IMG/VR virus record: IMGVR_UViG_3300028392_000030
Span: 133,026 to 197,025 of that record
Source of the DNA: a virus
Strand: one strand, 5' to 3'
Length of the DNA stretch: 64,000 bases
How positions within the stretch are numbered: position 1 is the stretch's first letter; each line of letters starts with the position of its first letter. The notes below the pieces were generated by a model. The model saw only the letters and a program-made list of their open reading frames with translations, was not told the origin of the DNA and did no database searches. Position numbers and translations under genes: made by a program. Below are positions 28,547 through 39,800 of this stretch, one piece after another.

Positions 28547-29688
28547 ATCTTGTACCAACTTAAAAATTTGTGTATTTTATCTGTGACACTAGTCCAGTCA
28601 CCCATTCGAGGTTGACGGAACAAGCGGGCAGTTGAATACCAAGGACTCGAGTCTCGATCCAATAACCATCGCCAATCAAGTGCATACTGACTCAGCATGA
28701 CCCAGACTGGTCTACCCAATGCTCCGGCCAAGTGAGCTATAGCAGTATCAACACTCAGCACCACATCCATGTGCATGATCAATGCGGCCGAGTCGGCAAA
28801 ACTTCGTATAGCACCCGGGTATGCTCGAACACCCGCATCTACTAGTTGGGCCTCTTCTTCTACAGTGCAATCACATTGTAAATTGACCCATTCGTAGCTG
28901 GGGTTTCGTTTGATCAATGCCAACATGGTCTCAAACGGCATGGCTTTGTGACGATTGATCCAGGTGTCTCTACGACCACTCCAACAAAACCCCACACGCA
29001 GTCGGTTCTTGTGTCCTAATCGTGTTTGCCACTCTTGTTGCAATTTGGCATCGGCAGTCAAATAGAATTGCACATTGGCCAAATTCTCAACGGTTGTTCC
29101 AATTACTCCAGGAATACTCATGATCGGTGTCCAGTAGTCAAACTCGGGCAACGGATCACCTTCGACTAGAATTGTCGGAATACTAGGACCAAGCAGCAAT
29201 GGGCGAAGATTTGGGTTTAACGTTAAAATTACCTTAGCGCCACGTTCAATAATGTCGCCAATGAATCGAACAAATTGTATATTGTCCCCGTGCCCTTGTT
29301 CACCTGTGACTAAGACTGTTTTGCCCTTGACGTCTTGACCAGTCCATCTGGGTTGTGGAAACTGTGGCAATTCGCCAGCAAGATGTTCGTAGTTCCATCT
29401 AGTTTCGTACTGTGGCCATCCACGAGCATAGTCACCGGCTAACAAATAAGCCACAGCCAAATTGAACTGTGAAGTTGGATGAGTAGGCGCCAACTGTATA
29501 CTGCGTTGTAAGAATGGTATAGCACCCAACGGGTCACCCAATTCGCGTAATACGTTTCCGTAGTTGTTGAATGCTGATGCTGAATTACGATCTTCAGTTA
29601 GGGCCTGAGCATAATATTTTAACGCCAGTTCTGGGTTGTTTTCTTCTCTGGCAGTGTTGCCGTGTGCTATTAAAAGTTCTGTATCCAT
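28543..29688 (-). CDS. TPR-repeat protein fused to a GT-B glycosyltransferase (GT9-like) domain
   Basis: N-terminal TPRs (AFNNYGNVLRELG...A...LQRSI), EQGHGDNIQFVR, VGFCWSG, DVVLSVDTAIAHLAGALGRPVW, WYSTARLFRQ. Confidence 0.8.
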   Translation of the reverse strand: MDTELLIAHGNTAREENNPELALKYYAQALTEDRNSASAFNNYGNVLRELGDPLGAIPFLQRSIQLAPTHPTSQFNLAVAYLLAGDYARGWPQYETRWNYEHLAGELPQFPQPRWTGQDVKGKTVLVTGEQGHGDNIQFVRFIGDIIERGAKVILTLNPNLRPLLLGPSIPTILVEGDPLPEFDYWTPIMSIPGVIGTTVENLANVQFYLTADAKLQQEWQTRLGHKNRLRVGFCWSGRRDTWINRHKAMPFETMLALIKRNPSYEWVNLQCDCTVEEEAQLVDAGVRAYPGAIRSFADSAALIMHMDVVLSVDTAIAHLAGALGRPVWVMLSQYALDWRWLLDRDSSPWYSTARLFRQPRMGDWTSVTDKIHKFLSWYKI

Positions 29689-29735
29689 AACATATTTACT
29701 GCTGTGTAGTGGTACCTGTAAAATATCTATTGGCA

Positions 29736-29834
29736 TAAATACTTGTCAACGTAATCATGCGTTTTATGCGGCTCTTAACCCAGCCGCGTAGTAGGCTAGA
29801 ACCTACAGACTTATTCATAAGGATTAAAAACAAA
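29736..29834 (+). promoter_or_regulatory. Late promoter with a structured 5' leader
   Basis: TAAATA (29736-29741), then hairpins TATGCGGCT/AGCCGCGTA and GTAGG/CCTAC, then AAGGA SD. Confidence 0.5.
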
Positions 29835-30782
29835 ATGGGTCGTCCACTTAAAATTAAAAAATCTACAACCATTGATATTGGTTTCAATGACTTTGGTAAT
29901 GTAACAGCTCCAGTTATTCCAGTTGGAATGACCAGCACAGAATTCTTGGGTGTAGTCGGTGGTGCTAACGCCAGCATTGCTACTGCTGATTATCCAGTAG
30001 TTAAAATTACAGCCAACGTCAACGGTCAAGAAGGTGCCGCTTACATTATTACACAAAAAGGCACTACCAAGTATTTGGTATCAGGCGAAAACAGTGTCAA
30101 TGCAGGTAGTTTCACAGCTGGCTTTAGCTATCAGATTCTGTCATTAGGCGATACTGATTGGACAGCAATTGGTGGTCCTATTACGCCAGCAGTTGGTGCT
30201 GTGTTTACTGCCACTGGTGTAGGTTCTGGTACAGGAACTGCTAGTGATTGCGGTCAATGCAGTTTGATTGCAAATGCCACTATTAACTCAGGTGAAATGA
30301 ACATGGTATTCAATGCTGATGGCAGTTCAATCTACGCCACTCGTTTGACCAACAAGTATATCTGGGATAATTCAACTCCTCCTGTTCGTTATGCTGTGAA
30401 CTTCTTTGTAGCTGGTGAAACCACTGCTGTTACACTGGGTAGTGTTGCTGTTGCCAATACTGCAGGTTGGTTCACTGCCAATGCCAGTACCTTTACAACA
30501 GGTCAAATTATCAATGTCAGCGGAACATTAACAGGTAATGCTACAATTACTGGATATGTTGATCCAACCGTTTATTATGTAGTTGCTACTAACGGAACAA
30601 CAACCTTCCAGTTGGCCGCTTCTGAAGGTGCTGCTAACATTGTTACTGTGGCTGGTAATACACGTGGCCTTACATTCAGTGAAGCTGTTTCGACAACTGC
30701 TAAATCTGGTGCAGAAGTTTCAACCTGGACTAATACCACTGGTCTATTGACCTTGGGCGATGTTCAGAACTATACTTCGTAA
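29835..30782 (+). CDS. Putative virion structural protein (MGRPLK family)
   Basis: Thr/Gly/Ala-rich beta protein with its own late promoter and terminator. Confidence 0.6.
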   Translation: MGRPLKIKKSTTIDIGFNDFGNVTAPVIPVGMTSTEFLGVVGGANASIATADYPVVKITANVNGQEGAAYIITQKGTTKYLVSGENSVNAGSFTAGFSYQILSLGDTDWTAIGGPITPAVGAVFTATGVGSGTGTASDCGQCSLIANATINSGEMNMVFNADGSSIYATRLTNKYIWDNSTPPVRYAVNFFVAGETTAVTLGSVAVANTAGWFTANASTFTTGQIINVSGTLTGNATITGYVDPTVYYVVATNGTTTFQLAASEGAANIVTVAGNTRGLTFSEAVSTTAKSGAEVSTWTNTTGLLTLGDVQNYTS

Positions 30783-30796
30783 TTCGCGTAACGTCC

Positions 30797-30826
30797 AAAA
30801 AATCCCTACTGCGGTGGGGATTTTTT
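30797..30826 (+). terminator. Rho-independent terminator
   Basis: AAAAAATCCCTAC-TGCG-GTGGGGATTTTTT. Confidence 0.8.
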
Positions 30827-30874
30827 ATGACTTTCACTATTGTATACCGCATAAATAACAAAAAGGATCCTGAG

Positions 30875-31480
30875 ATGTCTACATACAAGAATACCAGTGG
30901 CGACCTAACCCTAACCGGTAACAATGGGGTTGCTACACTTACGATCAACTATGCCAATACCGTTTTCAACGGTAGTTTGACCTACACAGGTAACCTGACC
31001 ACGGTTGACGACTTTATTGTGGTGGCCGCCAACAACACTGGCACTGTTACAGACATGGGTTTATTGGCTGGGATCAATGTTGGAAACGGTCTTTATGCTG
31101 GATTAAGATTTGACGCAACAATCAATGCCTGGCAGGTCAGTAGTAATGTATCAGGATTGGGTGTTGGAACTTATGCCAATATTTTAACCACAGCATCGGC
31201 GGCCAATGCTGCTGGATCCAACACACAGATACAGTTTAATCAAGGTGGTGTATTTGGTGCCAGTGGTAACTTGACATTTGATTATGGCAACAACAAATTG
31301 ACCATGTTGGGCTATCAAGTATTTGGCAATACGGCCACTCCAGCTAACGTAGCTAATGCTGTGGCTCTATACAGCAATGTCACAGGATCAGGTGGAACAG
31401 GTCTATACTTTACATCCTCATCAGCCAACGACGAGCTGGTCAGCAAAAGCAAAGCCATAGTATTTGCAATTATATTTTAA
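30875..31480 (+). CDS. Putative virion structural protein
   Basis: TAAATA plus AAGGA before ATG 30875; N/T/G-rich; contains the GSNTQIQFN..G.FG fibre motif. Confidence 0.6.
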   Translation: MSTYKNTSGDLTLTGNNGVATLTINYANTVFNGSLTYTGNLTTVDDFIVVAANNTGTVTDMGLLAGINVGNGLYAGLRFDATINAWQVSSNVSGLGVGTYANILTTASAANAAGSNTQIQFNQGGVFGASGNLTFDYGNNKLTMLGYQVFGNTATPANVANAVALYSNVTGSGGTGLYFTSSSANDELVSKSKAIVFAIIF

Positions 31481-31489
31481 GGAACAACA

Positions 31490-31804
31490 ATGTCAATAAC
31501 AACAGTATTAGTAACCAATTCAGTCAGTAACGCATACGTCAGCGGTGGCAATACTGCTATTACTTCACTGGTAATAAACAACTACACAGCCAACACAGTT
31601 ACAGCCAACGTGTATGCTGTGCCAGCAGGAGGATCGGCCAACACACAAAATTTGATTCTAACTAATTTAGAACTCACTGGATTTGAAACTTATCAACTGT
31701 ATGTGGCTGCTGAAAAGATACTGTTGGGTAACAATGACACTATACGAGCAGTAGCCAACTCTACCGGCAATCTTAATATTGTAACCAGCTACACCACAGT
31801 CTAA
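31490..31804 (+). CDS. Small putative structural protein
   Basis: 104 aa, beta-rich, AAGGA SD; translationally coupled to the next gene. Confidence 0.6.
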   Translation: MSITTVLVTNSVSNAYVSGGNTAITSLVINNYTANTVTANVYAVPAGGSANTQNLILTNLELTGFETYQLYVAAEKILLGNNDTIRAVANSTGNLNIVTSYTTV

Positions 31805-32202
31805 TGGGAATTTATGTAAAAAATCGACGACTGCCGAGCGGTAGTACCGGTGTAGTATTGCCCACTGGATCATCAGAAACCCGGCCTGAATATCCAACGT
31901 TTGGTATGATTCGATACAACACTGATGTAGGACTTGTAGAATTCTTCAATGGATCAATTTGGAACACACTCAGCACTGGTGGCAGCGTCAGCTACACAGT
32001 GGACGATTTTACCGGCAACGGAGTTCAGACTGTTTTTACAATGAGTATAGCAGAGGATGTAGCAGCAAATATTATGGTATTTGTAGGATCAATCTATCAA
32101 GACCCAGCTACAAGTTACACAGTCAACGGTGGTTACGACATTACATTTACATCAGCACCACCTAATACTGTGCCAATTAATGTAATTCACACCAGTAGCT
32201 AA
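31804..32202 (+). CDS. Small baseplate/fibre module protein
   Basis: LPTG....RP...GMIRYNT...EFFNG..W module plus FTGNG.QT.FT...MVFVG.IYQ.P...Y...ITFTSAP module. Confidence 0.6.
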   Translation: MGIYVKNRRLPSGSTGVVLPTGSSETRPEYPTFGMIRYNTDVGLVEFFNGSIWNTLSTGGSVSYTVDDFTGNGVQTVFTMSIAEDVAANIMVFVGSIYQDPATSYTVNGGYDITFTSAPPNTVPINVIHTSS

Positions 32203-32232
32203 CCGGCTAAATATCCTATACAGGGATAATCT

Positions 32233-35200
32233 ATGGCAGTCAATTATGTAAAAGGGCAGATTTTATCAAGCATTCTTGAAAGAGACGGCATTGACATATC
32301 CATTGCTAACGCCAATGTTGGTATTAATACTGATAGCCCTGTATCTACCCTTGAAGTAGCCGGAGTTCTTACAGTTGGCAATGTGATCATTTCCAACGTT
32401 GGCAATATCAGTGCTGGCAATGTTAATATTAACAACCTAGCTGAGCCAGTGGCCAATGCAGATGCCACAACTAAATTTTATGTAGATCAAACAGTTGGCA
32501 ATGTTGCTGGCAATATATATGGCAATTTAATTCCATTAGGAACACCCACTGACGGCAGTTTAACCACCAACGTGGCCTATCCAGGGTGGACCACTGCTAC
32601 ATTTGTTACCGACGGTCTAGACGATTTAAATCAAGTGGCTTTGAACATTGCTGGAAACACCTATGTGGGCAATGTTTATATTACGGCCAATGTGACATCG
32701 GGTCCAAGTCCATTGAGTGTGGCGTTTGTTGGCCACTACATTGGTAATCCTACCAGCTATCTTTGGAATTTTGGTGATGGTACAACTAGCACACTAGCAA
32801 ACCCAACACATACCTATAGTAATGTGCTTGGTGGACAATTTACAGTTGTGTATACAGCCTACAACACCAATGGAACCTACAGTGGCAATGCCAATGCTGG
32901 TGCCAAAGGATCAACAGCAACGTCAACTAATACCAATTACATTACTCTGTATACACCTTTGCCAATACCATCGTTTACCACAAGTCCTACTAGTTTAAAT
33001 ACAGGTAGCAGTGTAACATTGACCAATACTAGTCAGTATGCAACATCATACACAATCAACTACGGTGATGGTAACACAGCAGTTAATCCTGGAAATTCTT
33101 GGACCACAAACAGTCATACCTATAATAATTCAGCCAACACTGACGCTCTTCGCAGTATCACATTAACAGGTACAAATCAAACAGCCGGTAACGCACCACC
33201 ATACAGTGTAACATCTGCTGCAACTGATGTTAAAATATATACGCAACAAAGTCCAGCAATTACTGCTAACGTAACAACAACCATTAACTACTCAGCTACC
33301 TCTGGTGGAAATGTCCAATTTAGAAACGACACTCCTGGAAGTCCTGGCAACACAGCCAGCTTTGGCGCTCAACAATTATACAACTTCCAATGGGGAGATG
33401 GCACTGCCAATAGCAATATTAATATTCAAACTGGTCTAGCCGGCAATCCTGGCGCAGCCAATACCTCACATATTTTTGCCCTTACGGCAGGTCAACAAAA
33501 TGCAGCCACCACAGTTAACTATGTGGCCAATCTTTGGTTATACACTGGCTACAGCACCAGCCCGTTCAAGTCCAGCAACGTGACCATTTCCATCGAACCA
33601 GAAGTTAGAGCTGGTTTTATAGGAACCAGTAACACTCAAACAGATGCCACAGGATTCACATCCAATGCACAGGTTGGATATCTATACACCGACTACAACG
33701 GTCTTGACCGCAGTTTGTTTAACTTTCAAAATCAAACTTCGCCCAACGTGGCCTTTGCTGGAAATGTATTCAACTGGACCTGGGGTGATACCACCAGCAA
33801 CACTGGCCTGATAACTTTTGCCAATGTCTCACATTCATATCAGACAGCAGTAGGATCTCCAACTACTGGAACCAAAACAGTTGCACTACAGGCCAACGGA
33901 ACACCTGGAACAATATCACAAAGTAACACACAGACCAAGACAGCATACATCACAATCTTGGCCAATCCCACAGCACCAACAAACCTCAGTGGCTATACCA
34001 ATGTGACCATATCCACAGCCAGTCAAGGCACTAGCCCGCTGTTGGCCGCTGGCGCAAAAGACAACACTGGTGGAAATATTGCGGCCAATGGCACGTCGGT
34101 GCTTCGTGTAGCAACTACCACACCAGTTGCTACCAGCACACAAGTTCAAAATGCCAACACAGCAACTACGGGCACACTGACTGCTTATGTCAATAACACA
34201 GCCGCTGGTAATGTGACATTTACCACTGGCGGAAATACAGTAGGCACAGCAGGCGCATTGATTGTGTCAGCTGACAGAGATCTGCACGTGGCCAATGCCG
34301 CTGTGCCCACAGGATTCTACAAGGTATTTTCTGCTACTATCAGCAATACTTTGGCCAGCTTGGGCACCGGTTATAATGATTTCCAACTGAGACACACAGT
34401 ATCCGGCAACACCAATACTGTAGGTATGGTCAAAGACAATTTGAATTCAGCACCTACCTTGGTGACCAGCAACGTGATCATGGCCGGCAATGTCACTGGA
34501 ACCTACACTTACATTTCGGGTATTCCATATTACAGTGCTACAGGCAGTCCAAGTGTTACAGTGGCCACTTTAGAATTACAAAACTTTACTGGCCAAACTT
34601 TCCGTAGTGCTGATCCAATGACATTGAGTGCTGGATCAGCCATAGAAGGCACCGGATCAATCATTGCCGCACAGACCAAAACTTTGGCTCAGATCAACGG
34701 AACATCTAGTATGCTTACTGGCAGCAATGTCAATGCCAACGTGGGTATCGTATCAAACTATACTATGGGCAATCTCAATGTGTTGATCAATGGAGCCGTT
34801 AATGCTGTGGCCAATGTGGGAGCCAACATATTCAACGTGATTGGTACCAGCACCACAGTTCAGTTACCGACCAAGATACAGGTCAATGCCGCGGCCAATA
34901 CCGGCATCAGTGAAGGCAACATTGCAGTCAGTGTAACATTGGGTTCTGTATACACTGACAACGGTTTACGTATAACTGGGTTTGGAGCTGCTAGCAACAC
35001 ACCAGCATTCAGCGGCAGCACGAATTACTATACCGGTAATGTATGGACCGGTGTGCAAACTATTGCAGGAACTCAAGACGCAGTTGACCGGTATGGTGTA
35101 GTTAAACATTATGTAACTGACTTGAGTACCGGATATTTGCCAGTGGGACCTGATCTTGCCACAGGACGCAGCGGACTACAATACTTTACTTTTGCTTTCC

Positions 35201-35610
35201 GCAGAGCCACAATGGCCAACTTTGACATTAGACTTACAACTACTACCGGCGTTGCCGGCATGTGGATTGCGGCCCCAGGTACAACCATTGACACAGGTGG
35301 ATTCAGCTCACCTACTCCAGGCTTTCCTGGGCCAACCTCAACACTCAATGGTTGGTTGAGCTGTTCACTACAGTATAACGGATCGGGTGTGCCGGGCGCA
35401 AACATAGCCGGAGGCGGTAACGGAACCAATGGTGTTGCATTGACCGGTGCTGACGTTGTGCCACTCAACTCGGCTATTGCCAATGTGGGCTATACCATGA
35501 CACTAGGTTCGCAAAACTCCAGCAACAGCACAGGCAATAATATTTTGGTTCGTATAGCACTGAGTAGTGGACAAACCATAACTGCACTTTCGATAGGAGA
35601 CGCTGCATAA
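32233..35610 (+). CDS. Large PKD-domain virion protein (adhesin-like)
   Basis: PKD signatures SYLWNFGDGTT..NPTHTY, YTINYGDG, FQWGDG, WTWGD. Confidence 0.75.
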   Translation: MAVNYVKGQILSSILERDGIDISIANANVGINTDSPVSTLEVAGVLTVGNVIISNVGNISAGNVNINNLAEPVANADATTKFYVDQTVGNVAGNIYGNLIPLGTPTDGSLTTNVAYPGWTTATFVTDGLDDLNQVALNIAGNTYVGNVYITANVTSGPSPLSVAFVGHYIGNPTSYLWNFGDGTTSTLANPTHTYSNVLGGQFTVVYTAYNTNGTYSGNANAGAKGSTATSTNTNYITLYTPLPIPSFTTSPTSLNTGSSVTLTNTSQYATSYTINYGDGNTAVNPGNSWTTNSHTYNNSANTDALRSITLTGTNQTAGNAPPYSVTSAATDVKIYTQQSPAITANVTTTINYSATSGGNVQFRNDTPGSPGNTASFGAQQLYNFQWGDGTANSNINIQTGLAGNPGAANTSHIFALTAGQQNAATTVNYVANLWLYTGYSTSPFKSSNVTISIEPEVRAGFIGTSNTQTDATGFTSNAQVGYLYTDYNGLDRSLFNFQNQTSPNVAFAGNVFNWTWGDTTSNTGLITFANVSHSYQTAVGSPTTGTKTVALQANGTPGTISQSNTQTKTAYITILANPTAPTNLSGYTNVTISTASQGTSPLLAAGAKDNTGGNIAANGTSVLRVATTTPVATSTQVQNANTATTGTLTAYVNNTAAGNVTFTTGGNTVGTAGALIVSADRDLHVANAAVPTGFYKVFSATISNTLASLGTGYNDFQLRHTVSGNTNTVGMVKDNLNSAPTLVTSNVIMAGNVTGTYTYISGIPYYSATGSPSVTVATLELQNFTGQTFRSADPMTLSAGSAIEGTGSIIAAQTKTLAQINGTSSMLTGSNVNANVGIVSNYTMGNLNVLINGAVNAVANVGANIFNVIGTSTTVQLPTKIQVNAAANTGISEGNIAVSVTLGSVYTDNGLRITGFGAASNTPAFSGSTNYYTGNVWTGVQTIAGTQDAVDRYGVVKHYVTDLSTGYLPVGPDLATGRSGLQYFTFAFRRATMANFDIRLTTTTGVAGMWIAAPGTTIDTGGFSSPTPGFPGPTSTLNGWLSCSLQYNGSGVPGANIAGGGNGTNGVALTGADVVPLNSAIANVGYTMTLGSQNSSNSTGNNILVRIALSSGQTITALSIGDAA

Positions 35611-36644
35611 TGGCTGCCTCATTTGGTGAAAGTCAAAAACTAGATTATCTTTGGAAGAAAGTTGGTTACGGTGTAGCCAAAACTTCTATACCTCCGCCGG
35701 GAAGTGGCAGTAAAGAAGCTTTTAACGAAAGCATACCCAGTCCCCTGCTGTATCGTGGTGATTTGGTCTGGACCAACAGCGGTGACGTTCCTGCAACTCC
35801 GCCCAGCAACACCAGCTCCATAGTTCAAGTTTACAAAGATGGTGGCGGTGCTGGATACAGCCCCACAGTGCAATGTACCGAAGACCTAACAGCGCCCGAC
35901 AATCAAACTTGGAAAACCAATCTTACCAACTGGATACCCACACAATTTGGTGACAACTATTTGGTAGTGGTTTACGTAGACACCACAGGATCTACTACTC
36001 CACAAACCACTGGCACTAGACTGTTCCAAACCGGTTCTGGTAATGACGACACCTGGTTCTTTGATTATCAGGCCGGTGTCCTAAACTTCAATGGTGCTAA
36101 TATACCATCAGTAATCACCGGCGGCGTCACAGGCAAATCTGTGTTTATTGTGGGCTATAGATATGTAGGACCATTTGGTGTCGCAGGCACAGCTCTATTG
36201 GGCAACTTGACCATAAGCAATACCACAATCAGCAGCAGTTTGGCCAATGCTACAATTACATTACAGCCTACTGGCACTGGTGTAGTCAGTATCGATACCA
36301 CAACTGGCCTGATATTGCCAGTGGGTAATACTGCCCAACGTCCTAGTCCAGCCGCAACAGGCACCACAAGATTCAACAGCACCACTGGACTGATAGAAGT
36401 TTACAACGGTAATGCTTGGAATTCTACCAGTCAAGCAGTGACCAATCAAACACTCAACGGCAACGGAACTGCCACTGCATTTACATTAAATCGCAGCACA
36501 ACTACAGCGGCTGCATTGGTCATGTTGAATGGTATTACGCAGGTTCCTGATCAATCTTATTCGATGTCGCCCAGTCCCAGTACCAATCTAGTGTTTACAG
36601 AAGCGCCGGCTACAGGTGACGTAATAGACATCAGATTCTTGTAA
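35610..36644 (+). CDS. Virion structural protein with fibre modules
   Basis: LILPVGNTAQRP...RFNSTT..IEVYNG.AW module and the C-terminal GNG...FTL...LVMLNG..Q.P...FTEAP module. Confidence 0.65.
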   Translation: MAASFGESQKLDYLWKKVGYGVAKTSIPPPGSGSKEAFNESIPSPLLYRGDLVWTNSGDVPATPPSNTSSIVQVYKDGGGAGYSPTVQCTEDLTAPDNQTWKTNLTNWIPTQFGDNYLVVVYVDTTGSTTPQTTGTRLFQTGSGNDDTWFFDYQAGVLNFNGANIPSVITGGVTGKSVFIVGYRYVGPFGVAGTALLGNLTISNTTISSSLANATITLQPTGTGVVSIDTTTGLILPVGNTAQRPSPAATGTTRFNSTTGLIEVYNGNAWNSTSQAVTNQTLNGNGTATAFTLNRSTTTAAALVMLNGITQVPDQSYSMSPSPSTNLVFTEAPATGDVIDIRFL

Positions 36645-36863
36645 ACAAGCTAAATAACAGTTCAACCAATTGTTATTCTACAATTTATAATCCCCCCAAT
36701 AGTTCTCGACAAGTATTAGCTCCGCAGTGAATAATAGGCACAGAGAACCGATTTCCCACGGCCGTGGTAAATAACATATAGCCCATATTAGAGCGACAAA
36801 CCTTTATTATTTTACTGCATTTGCAGTAAAAGTGCAGTAAAAAGAAGCCAACTGGAGAAAAAA

Positions 36864-39800
36864 ATGGCCGTAACTAGAATTAATAACAATCAGGTAACTG
36901 ACGCAGTAACAGGCAATACCTTGGTGGGTATCAACGCCGGTACCAAAATACAACCATACTCGATTACTGCTACTCGAATTGCCAACAACCTGACCTACGG
37001 TAGTGATTTGACCATTACAGGTAACTTGACAGTTTCAGGAACCACAACCAACGTTGACACAGTTAACACACTAATTGCAGATCCGTTGATCACACTGGCT
37101 GACGGACAAGTTACAGGTACTCCTACTTTGGACATTGGTACAATTGGCCTGCGTGGTAGTCAACAATCTGCTGTTTTAGCTTGGCAAGAAAGTGCCAAAG
37201 AATTCGTTACAGCCCTTAGTAGCACCACAGTTAGTAACACAACATTTACACTGTCTGCCTATGCCAACTTGCACAGTGGTAACACAATTCACCAAGGCAC
37301 CACTAGTTTAGTTGGTAACTTGATTGGTGCTGTCAACGCTACAGCCACAATCACCGGTGGCAACTTGGCCACTCCGGGCACTGCCAGTGCTACAGGAACA
37401 ATCACAGGTGGCAACTTGGCCACAGGCGGCACTGCCAGTGCTACAGGAACAATCACAGGTGGCAACTTGGCCACAGGCGGCACTGCCAGTGCTACAGGAA
37501 CAATCACAGGTGGCAATGTTTTAACTGGTGGACAAGTTAGTGCTACTGGTAACGGTACTTTTGGTAATATTAGTACCGCTGGAACATTTAGTGCTGCAAG
37601 TTTAAGTGCCAGTGGTAACATCACTGGTGGTAATTTATTAACAGGTGGCTATGTAAGTGCCACTGGCAACGGTACTTTTGGTAATATTTCCACTGCTGGA
37701 ACTGCAACTGCTGCATCTACAGTGGGTGGTGTAATCACCGGCTCAAGTGCTAGTGTTACAGGTGGCGTTACGGCCGCCAGTGTAGCCGGTGGAGTTATCA
37801 CAGGTACAAGTACCAGTGTAACTGGGTCACAATCAGCGGCCAGCACTGTGGGTGGTGTAATTACAGGTTCAAGTTCCAGTGTCACTGGCACACAGACAGC
37901 TGCCAGCACAGTGGGTGGTGTAATTACAGGATCAAGTTCCAGTGTCACTGGCACACAAACAGCTGCCAGCACAGTGGGTGGTGTAATCACAGGATCAAGT
38001 GCTAGTGTTACAGGTGGCGTTACGGCCTCTAGCGTAGCAGGTGGCGTTATAACTGGCACAAGTACCAGTGTCACTGGTTCACAAACAGCTGCAAGTACCG
38101 TGGGTGGTGTGATTACAGGTAGTTCAACTAGTGTAACTGGTTCACAATCAGCCGCCAGTACCGTGGGTGGTGTGATCACTGGATCAAGTGTCAGCGTCAC
38201 TGGCACTGCTACTGCCGCTAGCACAGTGGGTGGTGTGATTACAGGTAGTTCAACTAGTGTAACTGGTTCACAATCAGCCGCCAGTACCGTGGGTGGTGTG
38301 ATCACTGGATCAAGTGTCAGCGTTAGTGGCAACGTAACTGGTGGTAATGTATTAACAAATTACATCTACAGTGTTACTACCGGCGATACTCTTACAATTA
38401 ATGCTCAAACAATCAGTTTGAATCCTACCGGCAACGTAGGTATGAACAACAGATATATCAACAACTTGGCCGATCCAGTAGCTGATCAAGATGCCGCAAC
38501 AAAAGTTTATGTTGATACAGTGGCACAAGGTCTTGATCCTAAGGCTTCTGTGGTATATGCTACAGCAGCCAACATAGCACCATACACATACAACAACGGC
38601 ACCAGTGGTGTAGGCGCAACAATTACATTAACTGCCACAGGCAACTTGACCATTGACGGCAGTATTGTAACTGCTAACTCACGTGTGCTGATCAAGAACG
38701 AAGTTGGTGCGTTTGTAAACAACACAACACAATCAGCTGCATTCAACGGTATCTATGTGGTAACCACAGCAGGCGCTCCTGGTGTAGCCGCAGTATTGAC
38801 TCGTGCCACAGACTTTAACCAACCAGCTGAAATTCCTGGTGCATTTACATTCGTTGAAGCAGGTACTGTCAACTCTGACACTGGATGGGTGTGTACGACC
38901 AATTCTCCAGTTACTATTGGAACAACTCAAATTATCTTTACCCAGTTCTCTGGTGCAGGATCATACACCGCAGGTACTGCGTTAAGTCTTACTGGAACAC
39001 AGTTTAACGTTCTTTATGATACATCGGGCAACGCCACAATTGGTGTCAACGGTAGTAATCAACTATACATACCAGCTGGTGCTATATTGACCACACCTAA
39101 CATTGGTGCAGCCACTGGTACAAGCGTCAGTGTAAGTGGTGCTGTCACAGCTGCCAGCACAGTAGGTGGTGTAATCACAGGATCAAGTGTCAGTGTTACT
39201 GGCACTGCCACTGCCGCTAGCACAGTGGGTGGTGTTATCACAGGTAGTTCTAGTTCTGTAACCGGCACACAAACAGCCGCAAGCACAGTGGGTGGTGTAA
39301 TCACTGGATCAAGTGTCAGCGTTAGTGGCGGTGTAACAGCTTCTAGTGTAGCAGGCGGTGTAATTACAGGGACAAGTACCAGTGTCACTGGTTCACAAAC
39401 TGCCGCTAGCACAGTGGGTGGGGTTATAACTGGTACATCAACATCAGTAACTGGTTCACAAACTGCAGCCTCTACAGTGGGTGGTGTGATTACAGGTTCA
39501 AGTTCTAGTGTCACTGGTACACAGACAGCTGCTAGCACAGTGGGTGGTGTCATAACTGGTACATCAACATCGGTAACTGGTTCACAGACAGCTGCTAGCA
39601 CAGTGGGTGGTGTTATAACAGGTTCAAGTTCAAGTGTAACTGGTACACAGACAGCTGCTAGCACAGTGGGTGGTGTTATCACAGGTAGTTCTAGTTCTGT
39701 AACTGGCACACAATCAGCTGCTAGCACAGTGGGTGGTGTAATTACAGGATCAAGTTCTAGTGTCACTGGCACACAAACAGCTGCATCAACAGTGGGTGGT

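Noticed and set aside
37840-39760. tRNA T-loop-like GGTTCAAG strings
   Set aside because: They lie in Gly-Ser-Ser codons of the fibre repeat, with no cloverleaf.
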